DNA of 64,000 nt from an uncultured Verrucomicrobiae bacterium (lineage in GTDB: Bacteria; Verrucomicrobiota; Verrucomicrobiia; Opitutales; JABDGR01): assembly GCA_963765205.1 (NCBI GenBank), contig CAVXVB010000009.1:1344001-1408000 (forward strand), written 5' to 3'. Positions 40,207 to 50,862 of this stretch are shown in pieces (position 1 is the stretch's first letter; the number at the start of each line of letters is the position of its first letter). Under the pieces are notes generated by a model. The model made no database searches, had not been told where the DNA came from, and was given only the letters and a program-made list of their open reading frames with translations. The translations under genes and the position numbers were made by a program.

Positions 40207-40619
40207 ATCCACCCAAAGACAGGATAGATCAGTTGTTGGAGCTATATTCAAAAAAAAACAAGGTGCAGTTATTGAAAATAAAGGCCACCGCGACCTATGC
40301 GGATTCGCCAGAACATCAGGCGGTGACTATTGCTTTGGGGTTGCTTGAGTCGGAAGAATCGGCGACCCGACACCAGCAGACGGTTGCGATTGCGTCACAG
40401 GCAAACGATATAGCGGCCCATGCAAATTGGATTGCGAAATGGGCGTTGCGGGCGGCACTTCTGGCGACTGCGATTGCAATTCTTGCGTGGCTTTTTCCTC
40501 ATCCACCCGTTGCCCCCAATAAACCGCCCAGCCCTCCATCGTCGCCATCCGTTGCTCCATCTGCATCTCATCCCGAATCAACAGCACAAGACGAATCCCC
40601 ACTAAAAGTGTCGCAATAG
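40203..40619 (+). CDS. Hypothetical single-TM passenger protein
   Basis: 138-aa ORF coupled (ATGA) to the transposase remnant; one TM helix and a Pro/Ser-rich tail. Confidence 0.6.
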   Translation: MNPPKDRIDQLLELYSKKNKVQLLKIKATATYADSPEHQAVTIALGLLESEESATRHQQTVAIASQANDIAAHANWIAKWALRAALLATAIAILAWLFPHPPVAPNKPPSPPSSPSVAPSASHPESTAQDESPLKVSQ

Positions 40620-40934
40620 CCGTTAAAAGAACGGCAGCACCAAGGGTAACGATGATTTTGTTTTGCAAAGCCGCATGAGATAGTTAGCCTTTGGCCAACA
40701 GTCACAGCCGCCGCCTCGAAACAATCAGGCCACCTACTCCCACGCGGAGCATCCAGCCTAGCCCTATTTCGAGGCAGGAAGCCGTTTAGTTGCACTCCGC
40801 CGTGACCCAGCAGGGCCACGAATTGAACGAAGTTGAACCAAACTGACGCACTACCTTCTTGCCAAAGAAGTTGACTTTGCCCGGCCTTCCCTTTATCCGA
40901 GCCGTCGCCGGCTACAGTTTCTTCCGCCGGCCGC

Positions 40935-42078
<1,144 letters not shown>

Positions 42079-42081
42079 CCC

Positions 42082-43434
42082 ATGCCCCCCCCCCTCATCA
42101 TCCAAGGCGGACGCATCCTTGACCCGGCCAGCGGGCGGGACGAGGCGGGTGATTTGTTTGCCGCCAAGGGAAAGATCGTCCAGTCCCTCAGCCCGGATCA
42201 GCGAAAAAAGGCGCGCGTCGTGGACGCGCGCGGCTTGATCGTCGCACCGGGCCTGGTGGATATTCACGTCCACCTGCGCGAACCAGGCCAGACGCACAAG
42301 GAGAACATCGAGAGTGGTTCCGCGGCCGCGGCCGCGGGCGGCATCACCTCGATGGTCTGCATGCCCAACACCTCGCCCGCGTGCGACAACGCCGGCGCCA
42401 TCCAGCTCATCAACGATGTCATCGAGCGCAAGGCCGTGGTGAATATCTGGCCGACGGGCTGCATCACCCTTAACCGCGACGGCGAGAAACTCGCGCCCAT
42501 CGGTTCGCTCAAGCGCGCGGGCGTCGTCGCCATCACCGACGACGGCGACTGCGTGCAGAACAACGAGGTCATGCGCCGCGCCGTGGAATACGCCAATATG
42601 TTCGGCCTCGTGGTGATGGACCATTGTCAGGACGAAAAACTGACCGAGGGCGCCGTCATGCACGAGGGCGAATGGTCCCTGCGCCTCGGCCTGCGCGGCT
42701 GGCCCAGCGCGGCGGAGGACATCATCGTCGCGCGCAACGTCATCCTTGCCGAGCACACCGGCGCGCATATCCATTTGCAGCACATCACCTCGGCGTTTTC
42801 GGTGGACGTGCTGCGCCGCGCCAAACAACGCAAGGCCCGCATCACCGCCGAAGTCACGCCCCACCACCTCGCCTTGACCGACGCGCGCCTGCGCGACTAC
42901 GACACCAATTTCAAGATGAACCCCCCGCTGCGCTCCGAGGCCGACCGCCAGGCGCTCATCGAAGGCCTGCTCGACGGCACGCTCGACATCATCGCCACCG
43001 ACCACGCCCCGCACACGGATTACGAAAAAGATGTCGAATTCGACTACGCCCCCTTCGGCATTATCGGCCTGGAAACCAGCCTTGCCGTCTGCCTCGAAGT
43101 CCTCTTTCACAGCGGGCGTTGCGACCTCTCGTTTCTGCTCTCACGTCTGACCCACAAGCCCGCGGAAATTTTGCGCCTGCCCAAAGGCACCCTCGCCGAA
43201 GGCGCGGACGCCGATATTTGCATCTTCGACCCCAACGAACGCTGGACACCCACCGCCGCCAACACCTTCAGCCGCTCGCGCAATTCACCCTGGCTTGGCC
43301 AGCCCTTGCGCGGGCGCGTCAAGCGCACCTTCGTCGGTGGACACGAAGTTTATGACGGGGAAAAAGTCCACTCGCCAAAAGAACCCGGCAAAATCATCCT
43401 GCCCGCCGGCGCCGCCGCCGGCCTCACCCCGTGA
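42082..43434 (+). CDS. pyrC: Dihydroorotase
   Basis: PGLVDIHVHLREPG, CMPNT, EVTPHHL, KMNPPLR, IATDHAPH, SRNSP. Confidence 0.95.
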   Translation: MPPPLIIQGGRILDPASGRDEAGDLFAAKGKIVQSLSPDQRKKARVVDARGLIVAPGLVDIHVHLREPGQTHKENIESGSAAAAAGGITSMVCMPNTSPACDNAGAIQLINDVIERKAVVNIWPTGCITLNRDGEKLAPIGSLKRAGVVAITDDGDCVQNNEVMRRAVEYANMFGLVVMDHCQDEKLTEGAVMHEGEWSLRLGLRGWPSAAEDIIVARNVILAEHTGAHIHLQHITSAFSVDVLRRAKQRKARITAEVTPHHLALTDARLRDYDTNFKMNPPLRSEADRQALIEGLLDGTLDIIATDHAPHTDYEKDVEFDYAPFGIIGLETSLAVCLEVLFHSGRCDLSFLLSRLTHKPAEILRLPKGTLAEGADADICIFDPNERWTPTAANTFSRSRNSPWLGQPLRGRVKRTFVGGHEVYDGEKVHSPKEPGKIILPAGAAAGLTP

Positions 43435-44312
43435 TTCTCGCCGCCGTCCAGGCCGCCCCGCCGCTGCCGGCCGCGGAACTCGCGTGCGAAACCGTTTTGG
43501 TGCTCGGCGGATTGGGCGCGCTGTTCTGGCAAATTAGGCGCGCGCGCCGGGTTACGCCGGTGGGCGTCGAACCCTGGTGCACAACGCTGCTGGATTTTGG
43601 CATCTGGCTTTGGGTGGTGTGTTTTGCCATTTATGCGGGGGGTAATGTGCTGCGCTTCGTCCATCCGGCCGTTAACAGTCCGCAGCCCACCAAAATGCAG
43701 GTGTTGCTGCTGGCCAGCGCGTTTCAATTGTCCGCGCTCTTTGCGCAGGTGGTCCTGTTGCGCATGAAGCGGCCGTTTTCTCCTCTGCCACTCAACTTCG
43801 CGCGGCCGCCCGCCGGGCGCGTATTGGGCGAAGCCACCCTGGCCTGGCTCGCGGCCTATCCGCTGCTGGCCGTCGCCTCGCTGGTCTGGCAAATCATGAT
43901 CAAACTGGTGCAAAAAATGTGGGTCAACCTGCCCACTCCGCCGCAAGAGGCGGTCAAAATGCTCGCTCAATCGAGCCGTTTCCGCGAAACCGCGCTGCTG
44001 GTTTTTTTCGCCGTGTTGGTCGCCCCGGTGACGGAGGAGCTTTTTTTTCGCGCGGGCCTTTATCGCTTTCTGAAAAGCCGGCTGCCGGCGTCCGGCGCGG
44101 TGGCCGCGGCCAGTTTTTTGTTTGCACTATCCCATTTTAACCTGGAGTCTTTCCTGCCCCTGTTTGTCCTCGGCTGGCTGCTTACGCGGCTTTATGAGCG
44201 CACGGGCCACATTGCCGCGCCTATTTTGTTTCACGCTCTCTTCAATCTGGCCACTATCCTGCTCATTCTGCTATTTCCCGATTCGTCCCTTCCGCTCCAT
44301 TCCTCGCCATGA
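43431..44312 (+). CDS. CPBP-family intramembrane metalloprotease
   Basis: APVTEELFFRAGLY, FALSH, PILFHALFN. Confidence 0.9.
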   Translation: MILAAVQAAPPLPAAELACETVLVLGGLGALFWQIRRARRVTPVGVEPWCTTLLDFGIWLWVVCFAIYAGGNVLRFVHPAVNSPQPTKMQVLLLASAFQLSALFAQVVLLRMKRPFSPLPLNFARPPAGRVLGEATLAWLAAYPLLAVASLVWQIMIKLVQKMWVNLPTPPQEAVKMLAQSSRFRETALLVFFAVLVAPVTEELFFRAGLYRFLKSRLPASGAVAAASFLFALSHFNLESFLPLFVLGWLLTRLYERTGHIAAPILFHALFNLATILLILLFPDSSLPLHSSP

Positions 44313-45295
44313 AACCCTTTAGCCAACAACCGGCCGAAACCGTGGCCGCCCTGCGGGAAATCGCCTTGCTCCGCGCCATCCGCGACTGGCTGGGCACCGC
44401 CTCCCCACCCTCGCCCCACGGCATGGGCGACGACTGCGCCGTGCTCGACGTGGCCGGCGCGGACTCCGTGCTTGCCACCACCGACGGCGTCGTTTACGGA
44501 CGGCACTTCGATGACATCGCGCCACCCGCCGCCGTGGGCGCAAAATTGCTTGACCGCAACCTGAGCGACATCGCCGCTATGGGCGGCACACCCAAGCACG
44601 CCCTCGTGCATCTAATCATCGGGCGCGATCTGACGACCGCCTGGCTCAAGGAATTTTACACCGGCCTCGCCAAGGGCTGCCAGGAATATGGCGTGACCCT
44701 CGCCGGCGGCGGCACCGCGCAGGGGCCGGATGGCGTGTTTGCGGCAGATTTGACGCTGCTGGGTATCCCTGGGCCGAAACTCCTGTTGCGCACCGGTGCG
44801 GAAATCGGCGACGCCATTTTTGTGACTGGCGAACTCGGTGGGAGCCTTCTCGGCAAACATCTCGATTTCACCCCGCGCCTCGCCGAAGGTCATTGGCTGG
44901 CGAAGCAAACAGGCACGCGTGGCGTAATTGATGTCACTGATGGATTGGCCAAGGATTTGCCGGAAATATTGCCTCCGGGTGCGGACGCCCGCCTCGACGC
45001 CGCGGCCCTACCCATCGCCGCCGCCGCCACGACCCTCGCCGCACGCGATGGCGTCCCCGCCCTGATTCACGCGCTCACCGACGGCGAAGATTACGAGCTG
45101 CTTTTTGCCGTGGATAGCCAGACGGATTTGCATGCTTTTGTCAGCCGCTGGCGGGAGGTGCTCAAGACACCACTCACTCAAATCGGCGTCATCGCCCCGG
45201 CTCAGGACAAACGGCGCGACCGCCAGTTGCGCGACAGCGCCACCGGCAAACCCCTCTTGCCCCCGGGCCAACGTGGTTTCGAGCACTTGCGGTAA
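44309..45295 (+). CDS. thiL: Thiamine-monophosphate kinase
   Basis: GMGDDCAV, TTD..GRHF, NLSDIAAMGG, IDVTDGL, DGEDYELLF. Confidence 0.92.
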   Translation: MKPFSQQPAETVAALREIALLRAIRDWLGTASPPSPHGMGDDCAVLDVAGADSVLATTDGVVYGRHFDDIAPPAAVGAKLLDRNLSDIAAMGGTPKHALVHLIIGRDLTTAWLKEFYTGLAKGCQEYGVTLAGGGTAQGPDGVFAADLTLLGIPGPKLLLRTGAEIGDAIFVTGELGGSLLGKHLDFTPRLAEGHWLAKQTGTRGVIDVTDGLAKDLPEILPPGADARLDAAALPIAAAATTLAARDGVPALIHALTDGEDYELLFAVDSQTDLHAFVSRWREVLKTPLTQIGVIAPAQDKRRDRQLRDSATGKPLLPPGQRGFEHLR

Positions 45296-45326
45296 TTGCG
45301 ATATTTCCCTGACCGCCCAAATTTAA

Positions 45327-45639
45327 TCACAATCCCAACCACCCCCGCAAACATTCGTCAAGACGCCGCTGATCCACTCCAGACAATTTGCCAACCTTTT
45401 TAACCACCAATCGCTCTTCCACGGTGGCGATTTGGGCTTTAACGCCGCAGGCCACATTTAGGCCGGCTTGGCGCCATTCTTGCAGGGCAAAATCGGTGTT
45501 GGCCAGTTGGGACGAAATTGGGAACCAAAAATAAATCCAACCCCTGTCGTCCAATTACCACCGCCGGCCGAACCTTGCGGCTCGTGAGGTCGGTAAAAGG
45601 TATTGGCAGCAGGACAACATCATTTCGAGAGCAACTCAT
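45327..45639 (-). CDS. PemK/MazF-family toxin; frameshift near 45520
   Basis: DVVLLPIPFTDLTSRKVRPAVVI..LFLVP joins ISSQ..WRQAGL..KAQIATVE..VGKL. Confidence 0.82.
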
Positions 45640-45835
45640 TGAAAACCTCGTCCTCGGAATTGTCCCAGGCTTTCAGCAGGGCGCTTTCGGAAAGCTTTAA
45701 CCAATCCGAACGGGCTGCGTCTACCACCACACGGGTGTCAATCGTCACCCGCACCCTGGACTTTTCGGGCAAAGGCAACGCCTGCGGCAAGGTAAGTTTG
45801 CCTTGCTCATAAATTGCTTCCACTGTCGTGGTCAT
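45620..45835 (-). CDS. DUF104/AF2212-like antitoxin
   Basis: TVEAIYEQGKLTL...LPEKSRVRVTI; acidic tail WDNSEDEVFNEL; overlaps the toxin start. Confidence 0.75.
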   Translation of the reverse strand: MTTTVEAIYEQGKLTLPQALPLPEKSRVRVTIDTRVVVDAARSDWLKLSESALLKAWDNSEDEVFNELLSK

Positions 45836-45946
45836 GGGTGAAACTTACTCGCTTCCGGCGACTCTGGCAAGTAGAAGATTTTTCCGCCTCACTTTCCTCT
45901 TTGCCTCCTTGGCGATAATTGCCGTAAGAATACCGGCACTTTTTAT

Positions 45947-46582
45947 ATGAACATCGCTTCGCTCCGCCGCGAATACACCCAGGCCGGCCTCGACCGCAAC
46001 GACCTCGCCCCCGACCCTTCGGCGCAATTCCACCTTTGGTTCGAGCAAGCCATGCGCGCGGGCCTTACCGAACCGAACGCCATGACGCTCGCCACCGTGG
46101 GCGCGGACGGACGACCAAGTGCGCGCATTGTTTTGCTCAAGGCGTTTGACTCACGCGGCCTCGCGTTTTTCACAAATTTCGAGAGCCGCAAGGCCCGCGA
46201 CATCGCCGCCCACGCACAGGTGGCGCTGCATTTTGCGTGGCTTGATTTGGAACGGCAGGTGTCGGTCGAAGGCGCAGCAGCAAAGGTGAGCGCCAAAGAA
46301 TCGGCGGAGTATTTCGCCAAACGGCCCTATGGCAACCAGCTCGGTGCCTGGGTCTCGGCGCAAAGCAGCGTCATCATCACCCGCGTCGAAATGGAAAAAA
46401 AACTGGAAGGCCTGAAAGACCGCCACCCCGAAGGCCAAGTGCCCCCGCCGCCGTTTTGGGGCGGCTTTCGTGTCGTGCCCGACGCCTGGGAATTCTGGCA
46501 GGGCCGGCCCAACCGCCTGCACGACCGCTTCCGCTACCGGCGCGAAAAAGATGCCTGGGTCATCGAACGCCTCGCGCCGTAA
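45947..46582 (+). CDS. pdxH: Pyridoxamine 5'-phosphate oxidase
   Basis: LRREY, EPNAMTLAT, PSARIVLLK, FFTNFESRK, EFWQGRPNRLHDRFRY, RLAP. Confidence 0.96.
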   Translation: MNIASLRREYTQAGLDRNDLAPDPSAQFHLWFEQAMRAGLTEPNAMTLATVGADGRPSARIVLLKAFDSRGLAFFTNFESRKARDIAAHAQVALHFAWLDLERQVSVEGAAAKVSAKESAEYFAKRPYGNQLGAWVSAQSSVIITRVEMEKKLEGLKDRHPEGQVPPPPFWGGFRVVPDAWEFWQGRPNRLHDRFRYRREKDAWVIERLAP

Positions 46583-46591
46583 ACAATATAA

Positions 46592-46672
46592 TTTACTGCG
46601 GATTGCCTGGATTATTTCAGCGGCGTATCATCACTTAATATTTTATCCTATCTTTCTCATCCGTGGTCAAAA
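46592..46672. repeat. Degenerate CACGGAT-family hairpin
   Basis: TTACTGCGGATTGCCTGGAT ... ATCCCTATCTTTCTCATCCGTGGTCAAA. Confidence 0.45.
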
Positions 46673-46685
46673 AACCTCCTTCACC

Positions 46686-47798
46686 ATGAACCCCGTTCGA
46701 CTGGGCATCATCGGCATGGGCCACATGGGCGCCGTGCATGCGCGCCACCTGCGGGAAGGGAAAATTGCGCGCGTGCAACTTACTGCTGTGTGCGACCTCC
46801 GCCCGGAAAGGCTTCCCCCTTTTGCGCCCGCGCGGCCCTTCACCGACGCCGCCGCGCTGCTCACCTCGGGCCAAGTGGACGCCGTGCTCATCACGACGCC
46901 GCACTTCGAACATACGACGCTGGGCATCGCGGCCCTCAACGCTGGCTTGCACGTGCTCGTCGAGAAACCAATTTCTGCGCACAAAGCCGACGCCCTGCGC
47001 CTGCTGGCCGCGCACAAAAATCCCCGCCAAATTTTTGCGGCCATGTTCAACCAGCGCACCGACCCGCGCTACCGGATGTTGCGCCAGTTGCTCCGCGCTG
47101 GCGAACTCGGCGCGGTCCGGCGCATTAATTGGACCCTCACGGACTGGTTTCGCACCCAGGCTTATTACAATTCCGGCGGCTGGCGCGCGACGTGGGCCGG
47201 CGAAGGCGGCGGCGTGCTGCTCAACCAAAGCCCGCACCCGCTCGATTTGTGGTGGTGGCTCTTTGGCCAGCCCGCCCAAGTGCGCGCCTTTTGCCAGTTC
47301 GGGCGTTTTCATAAAATCGAAGTCGAAGACAGCGTCACCGCTATCTTTGAATACGCTGACGGCGCGCAGGGTGTTTTTATCACGACGACGGGCGAGGCGC
47401 CCGGCGCCAACCGCCTCGAAATCGCCACGGAGCGCGGCCAAATCCTCATCGAAGGCCTGCACCTGAAATGGACGCGCACCGACGCGCCCGTTTCGGAATG
47501 GTGCGCGACCCACCCGCAGGCCTTTGCCGCCCCGCCGACCACCCAGCGCAACACCGCGTTTGCCAGCACCGGCGGCCAGCACGTCGAAATTTTGCAGAAT
47601 TTCGTGGACGCGATCCTCGACGGCGCGCCGCTCATTGCACCCGCCGCCGAAGGCCTCCATTCGATTGAACTCGCCAATGCGATGTTGTATTCGACCTTTG
47701 TTAACGACACCGTGACGCTGCCCCTCGATGCCGTCTCCTACGAAACCGCGTTGCGGGAAAAAATCGCCGCCAGCAAATTACCCCCCTTCCCGCCATGA
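46686..47798 (+). CDS. Gfo/Idh/MocA oxidoreductase
   Basis: LGIIGMGHMG, TTPHFEH, HVLVEKP, WRATWAGEGGGVLLNQSPHPLD. Confidence 0.92.
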   Translation: MNPVRLGIIGMGHMGAVHARHLREGKIARVQLTAVCDLRPERLPPFAPARPFTDAAALLTSGQVDAVLITTPHFEHTTLGIAALNAGLHVLVEKPISAHKADALRLLAAHKNPRQIFAAMFNQRTDPRYRMLRQLLRAGELGAVRRINWTLTDWFRTQAYYNSGGWRATWAGEGGGVLLNQSPHPLDLWWWLFGQPAQVRAFCQFGRFHKIEVEDSVTAIFEYADGAQGVFITTTGEAPGANRLEIATERGQILIEGLHLKWTRTDAPVSEWCATHPQAFAAPPTTQRNTAFASTGGQHVEILQNFVDAILDGAPLIAPAAEGLHSIELANAMLYSTFVNDTVTLPLDAVSYETALREKIAASKLPPFPP

Positions 47799-48878
47799 GC
47801 GCCTCAGCAGGCCACACTTACGCCCCCGTGGGCAAGCCCCGGCCCGTCGTGCCGCCCGGCGAATTTATTTTCGCCGCCGCGTATTACGACCACGGGCATA
47901 TCCACGGCCAAATCAACGGCCTCACCGAGGCCGGTGGCACGCTGAAATATGTTTACGACCCCGACCCCGCACGTTGCGCCGCCACCCTGCAAAAATTTCC
48001 CGGCGCAACATTGGCCGACTCCTTCGAGCGCATCCTCGACGACCCCGCCGTGCGGCTGGTAACCGCCGCCGCCGTGCCGAGCGAACGCTGCGCCCTCGGC
48101 CTGCGCGTCCTCGCCGCGGGCAAAGATTATTTCACGGACAAATGCCCTTTCACCACCCTCGAGCAACTGGCCGCGGCCCGTGCGCGCCGTGCGCCGCACG
48201 CAGCGTAAATACATGGTGTATTACAGCGAACGGCTGCATATTGAATCGGCCTGGCACGCGGGTGTACTCGTGCGCCAAGGCGCGGTGGGCCGCGTGCTGC
48301 AAGTGCTGCTGCTCGCGCCGCACCGCCTCTCGAAAGCCAACCGCCCTGCCTGGTTTTTCGACAAGGCCCAATACGGCGGCATCATCACCGACATCGGCTC
48401 GCACCAATTCGAGCAGTTCCTCGCCTTCACCGGCGCCCGCGCCGGCCGGGTCAATTTCGCGCGCGTGGATAATTTTGCCAATCTGGATAAACCGGGCTTC
48501 GAGGACTTCGGCGAAGCCGCGCTGACGCTCGACACCGGCGCGTCTTGCTATTGCCGGCTGGACTGGTTTACGCCCGCCGGTTCGCACGGCTGGGGCGACG
48601 GGCGCCTCTTCGTCCTCGGCACGGACGGCATGCTCGAAGTCCGCAAATACATGGAAATCGGACAGCCCGACCAGCAGGATAAAATCTATCTCGTGGACGG
48701 CTCCGGCGAGCAAGTGATTGATTGCCGCGGGAAAATCGGCTTCCCCTTTTTCGGACAATTCATCCTCGACGTGCTTAACCGCACCGAAAACGCCATGACC
48801 CAGGAGCACGCCTTCCTCGCCGCCGAGCTTTCTCTGCAGGCCCAGAAAATCGCGGATGACCTGCGCCTGATGCGTTAG
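47795..48878 (+). CDS. Gfo/Idh/MocA oxidoreductase; frameshift near 48190
   Basis: DHGHI, GKDYFTDKCPFTT joins YMVYYSERL, YGGIITDIGSHQ, DWFTP..WGDGR. Confidence 0.88.
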
Positions 48879-48978
48879 TATCCCTCCTTGTCGGTTGACG
48901 CAAAGAATGGGTAACAACATACTTGACGCAGTGAACGCTAACCAACCATACACCGGGCCAATAGCCGCGTTGCGACGG

Positions 48979-49122
48979 CTAGACCCGCTTTTTCAAGGCC
49001 CGCTTCTGGGCCTTGAGGAGCTTGGCGCGGGCGTCGGCGGCCGCCTTGGGGACGGAAATCACGCGGCGCGCAAGCTCGCGGAAGCGGTCAAACGCTTCGT
49101 TCGTGGGTTGCGCTTTGGTCAT
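48979..49122 (-). CDS. 47-aa basic protein of the type found near IS1595-like ends
   Basis: MTKAQPTNEAFDRFRELARRVISVPKAAADARAKLLKAQKRALKKRV; below the ORF-track cutoff. Confidence 0.6.
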   Translation of the reverse strand: MTKAQPTNEAFDRFRELARRVISVPKAAADARAKLLKAQKRALKKRV

Positions 49123-49131
49123 GGGAAAGAG

Positions 49132-49575
49132 CTAGTTCTCATCATGCTCTTCATTATGAGGCCCAGTGGCACGAAAATCCAAAGGGGCGTCAGCATCGGG
49201 AATAAATACATAGCAGAAATCAAAAACATGGCGATGTCCGTAAGTATCGCTATAGTGAATTTCTCCAATCATAAAAACCGAGTTTTTTTTGAGAAAATCT
49301 TCGCTGAATGTGATTTTGTCGGCGTGACTCAGTGCATTGGCCTCTTGCCCTGGCGCAAGGATTCCCACCGCCTCCAAACCCGACCCGCTTGGATTGAGCT
49401 TGGAACTAATGGCATAATTAGCATTTTCCGGCAATGCACCGACTTTTTCGCCGTCTTTGATTGGAGCAGAATAATATCCCGTTCGCACGTCAACGTTATA
49501 CGCATTTGTTTGCCCAAAATTTTTAATTTTCACAATAAATCCCATGATATTAACCTCTGTATCGTTATCAGGGAT
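49132..49575 (-). pseudogene. 5'-truncated hypothetical passenger gene
   Basis: AT-rich ORF IKNFGQTNAYNV..GEIHYSDTYGHRHVFDFCY; in-frame stop at 49576 upstream. Confidence 0.55.
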
Positions 49576-49634
49576 TCACCAAAGAACTTAACCGCTTCCA
49601 TAAGCGCTTCCGGGGAGTGAATCTCTGCATTCAT
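49563..49634 (-). pseudogene. N-terminal stub of an IS1595-like transposase
   Basis: MNAEIHSPEALMEAVKFFG, with PDN two bases out of frame, 63 nt inside the terminal repeat. Confidence 0.5.
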
Positions 49635-49636
49635 TA

Positions 49637-49673
49637 AGTATATCATGAATTAAGTTAGTATATCATGAATTAA
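49637..49673. repeat. 17-bp direct repeat (two copies) inside the cassette end
   Basis: AGTATATCATGAATTAA at 49637 and 49657. Confidence 0.9.
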
Positions 49674-49715
49674 TACTGTGTCAAGTATATTATTGCCAAA
49701 GAATGCTCCCCGCCT

Positions 49716-49829
49716 AATGTTTAACTCTTAACGCTCAATTGAGAATACTCCTGCCAAGGATGTCGGGAGGAAACCTTGGTCGTCTCGAAACCTGAGCGTT
49801 GAGCTTTAAAAGTTAAACGTTGAGCGTTC
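49716..49829. repeat. AACGCTC/GAGCGTT heptamer-type hairpin
   Basis: AATGTTTAACTCTTAACGCTCAA ... TGAGCGTTGAGCTTTAAAAGTTAAACGTTGAGCGTT. Confidence 0.75.
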
Positions 49830-49972
49830 GGGCACGTCGGCTAGGCAACATGCATGAAATTCGGTGATCCTGCGCTCCGCGCCCACACGCCAAATCCCAC
49901 GCCGTCGCGCGCACGCCGCGCCGACCACGTTCCATATAACTGGCCCAAACGGGCCGCGTCGGCCCGCCCGGC

Positions 49973-50071
49973 TCAACCCCACAAGCGCTTCTTGTGACGA
50001 TTCGCCTTGGAGCGTTTGCGGCGCTTGTGCTTGTTCATTTTCAAGCGGCGCTTTTTCTTGAGGTTACCCAT
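49973..50071 (-). CDS. AURKAIP1/COX24 (bS22/mS38-like) small basic protein
   Basis: [32 protein letters not shown], 32 aa; absent from the ORF track. Confidence 0.85.
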   Translation of the reverse strand: MGNLKKKRRLKMNKHKRRKRSKANRHKKRLWG

Positions 50072-50172
50072 GGGAATAATAGGAGCTAAGGCCGCCACCA
50101 TTGCGCAGCCGGGGCGTGGTGTAAAGGACGATTTTTCAACCGAAGGCCGGTGCGCCGGCTCGGGAAAAGCAC

Positions 50173-50200
50173 CCGCCCGCCGCGCAAGCGCGGCGGGCGG
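50173..50200 (-). terminator. Rho-independent terminator after the SWIB gene
   Basis: CCGCCCGCCGCG-CAAG-CGCGGCGGGCGG stem, followed on the minus strand by GTGCTTTT. Confidence 0.65.
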
Positions 50201-50233
50201 ATAAACTTTTAGCAGCTAGACCGGACTCCAGAT

Positions 50234-50500
50234 TTACTTGAGGTGGGTGGACACCAGCTTGGTCATCTCGAACATGCTGACCTTGGCTTTGCCATTAAAC
50301 ACCGCTTTGAGGGCGGCGTCGGCATTGATGTCGCGCTTGTTCTTTTTGTCTTGGAGACCATTCTTCTTGATGTAAATCCAGAGCTTTTTAGTCAGCTCGG
50401 TACGCGGAAGGGGCGTGGCGCCCACGACCGCGGCAAGTTTCTCGTCCGGGGTGACCGGCTTCATGAAGGCAGAATTTTTGGCTGGTTTTTTAGTAGGCAT
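50234..50500 (-). CDS. SWIB/MDM2-domain protein
   Basis: AFMKPVTPDEKLAAVVG..LPRTELTKKLWIYIKKNGLQD..INADAALKAVF..VSMFEMTKLVSTHL. Confidence 0.93.
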   Translation of the reverse strand: MPTKKPAKNSAFMKPVTPDEKLAAVVGATPLPRTELTKKLWIYIKKNGLQDKKNKRDINADAALKAVFNGKAKVSMFEMTKLVSTHLK

Positions 50501-50660
50501 ACGCGGACATTCAAGAGGGCGTGCCGCAGGGTTGCAACATTAATTTCACAATTATTTCCGAGGGAAATGCCCCCCAAAAACACCCTGCTTTTCTTCGAGT
50601 GGAGGTTAAAAACGGCCTAAAACTACCCGTTGATAATTATCACCCCATAATTGTAAGGAG

Positions 50661-50732
<72 letters not shown>

Positions 50733-50862
50733 GTGCACCCCGCCCGGCGGCGGGGGAAACCAAAGAGTAAAGCACGCCCCCGCGCCGCCGTCAAGAACTC
50801 GACACCGATGCGGATGATTCGTCGCTTGCCTTCCCAAGCGGATCTTCAATGCTCTAATCGCT

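Larger units (their letters stand above)
39328..40855. mobile_element. Non-autonomous IS1-family-like cargo cassette (1528 bp)
   Basis: Perfect 18-bp terminal inverted repeats GGTAGTGCGTCAGTTTGG / CCAAACTGACGCACTACC; 8-bp target duplication TTCTTGCC at 39320-39327 and 40856-40863; lower GC. Confidence 0.92.
48910..49697 (-). mobile_element. Non-autonomous IS1595-family-like cargo cassette (788 bp)
   Basis: 22-bp imperfect terminal inverted repeats GGTAACAACATACTTGACGCAG / CTGTGTCAAGTATATTATTGCC (18/22); 8-bp target duplication AAAGAATG at 48902-48909 and 49698-49705. Confidence 0.9.

Noticed and set aside
48895..49620. 241-aa plus-strand ORF
   Set aside because: It crosses the cassette boundary and is antisense to the recognisable minus-strand ORFs.
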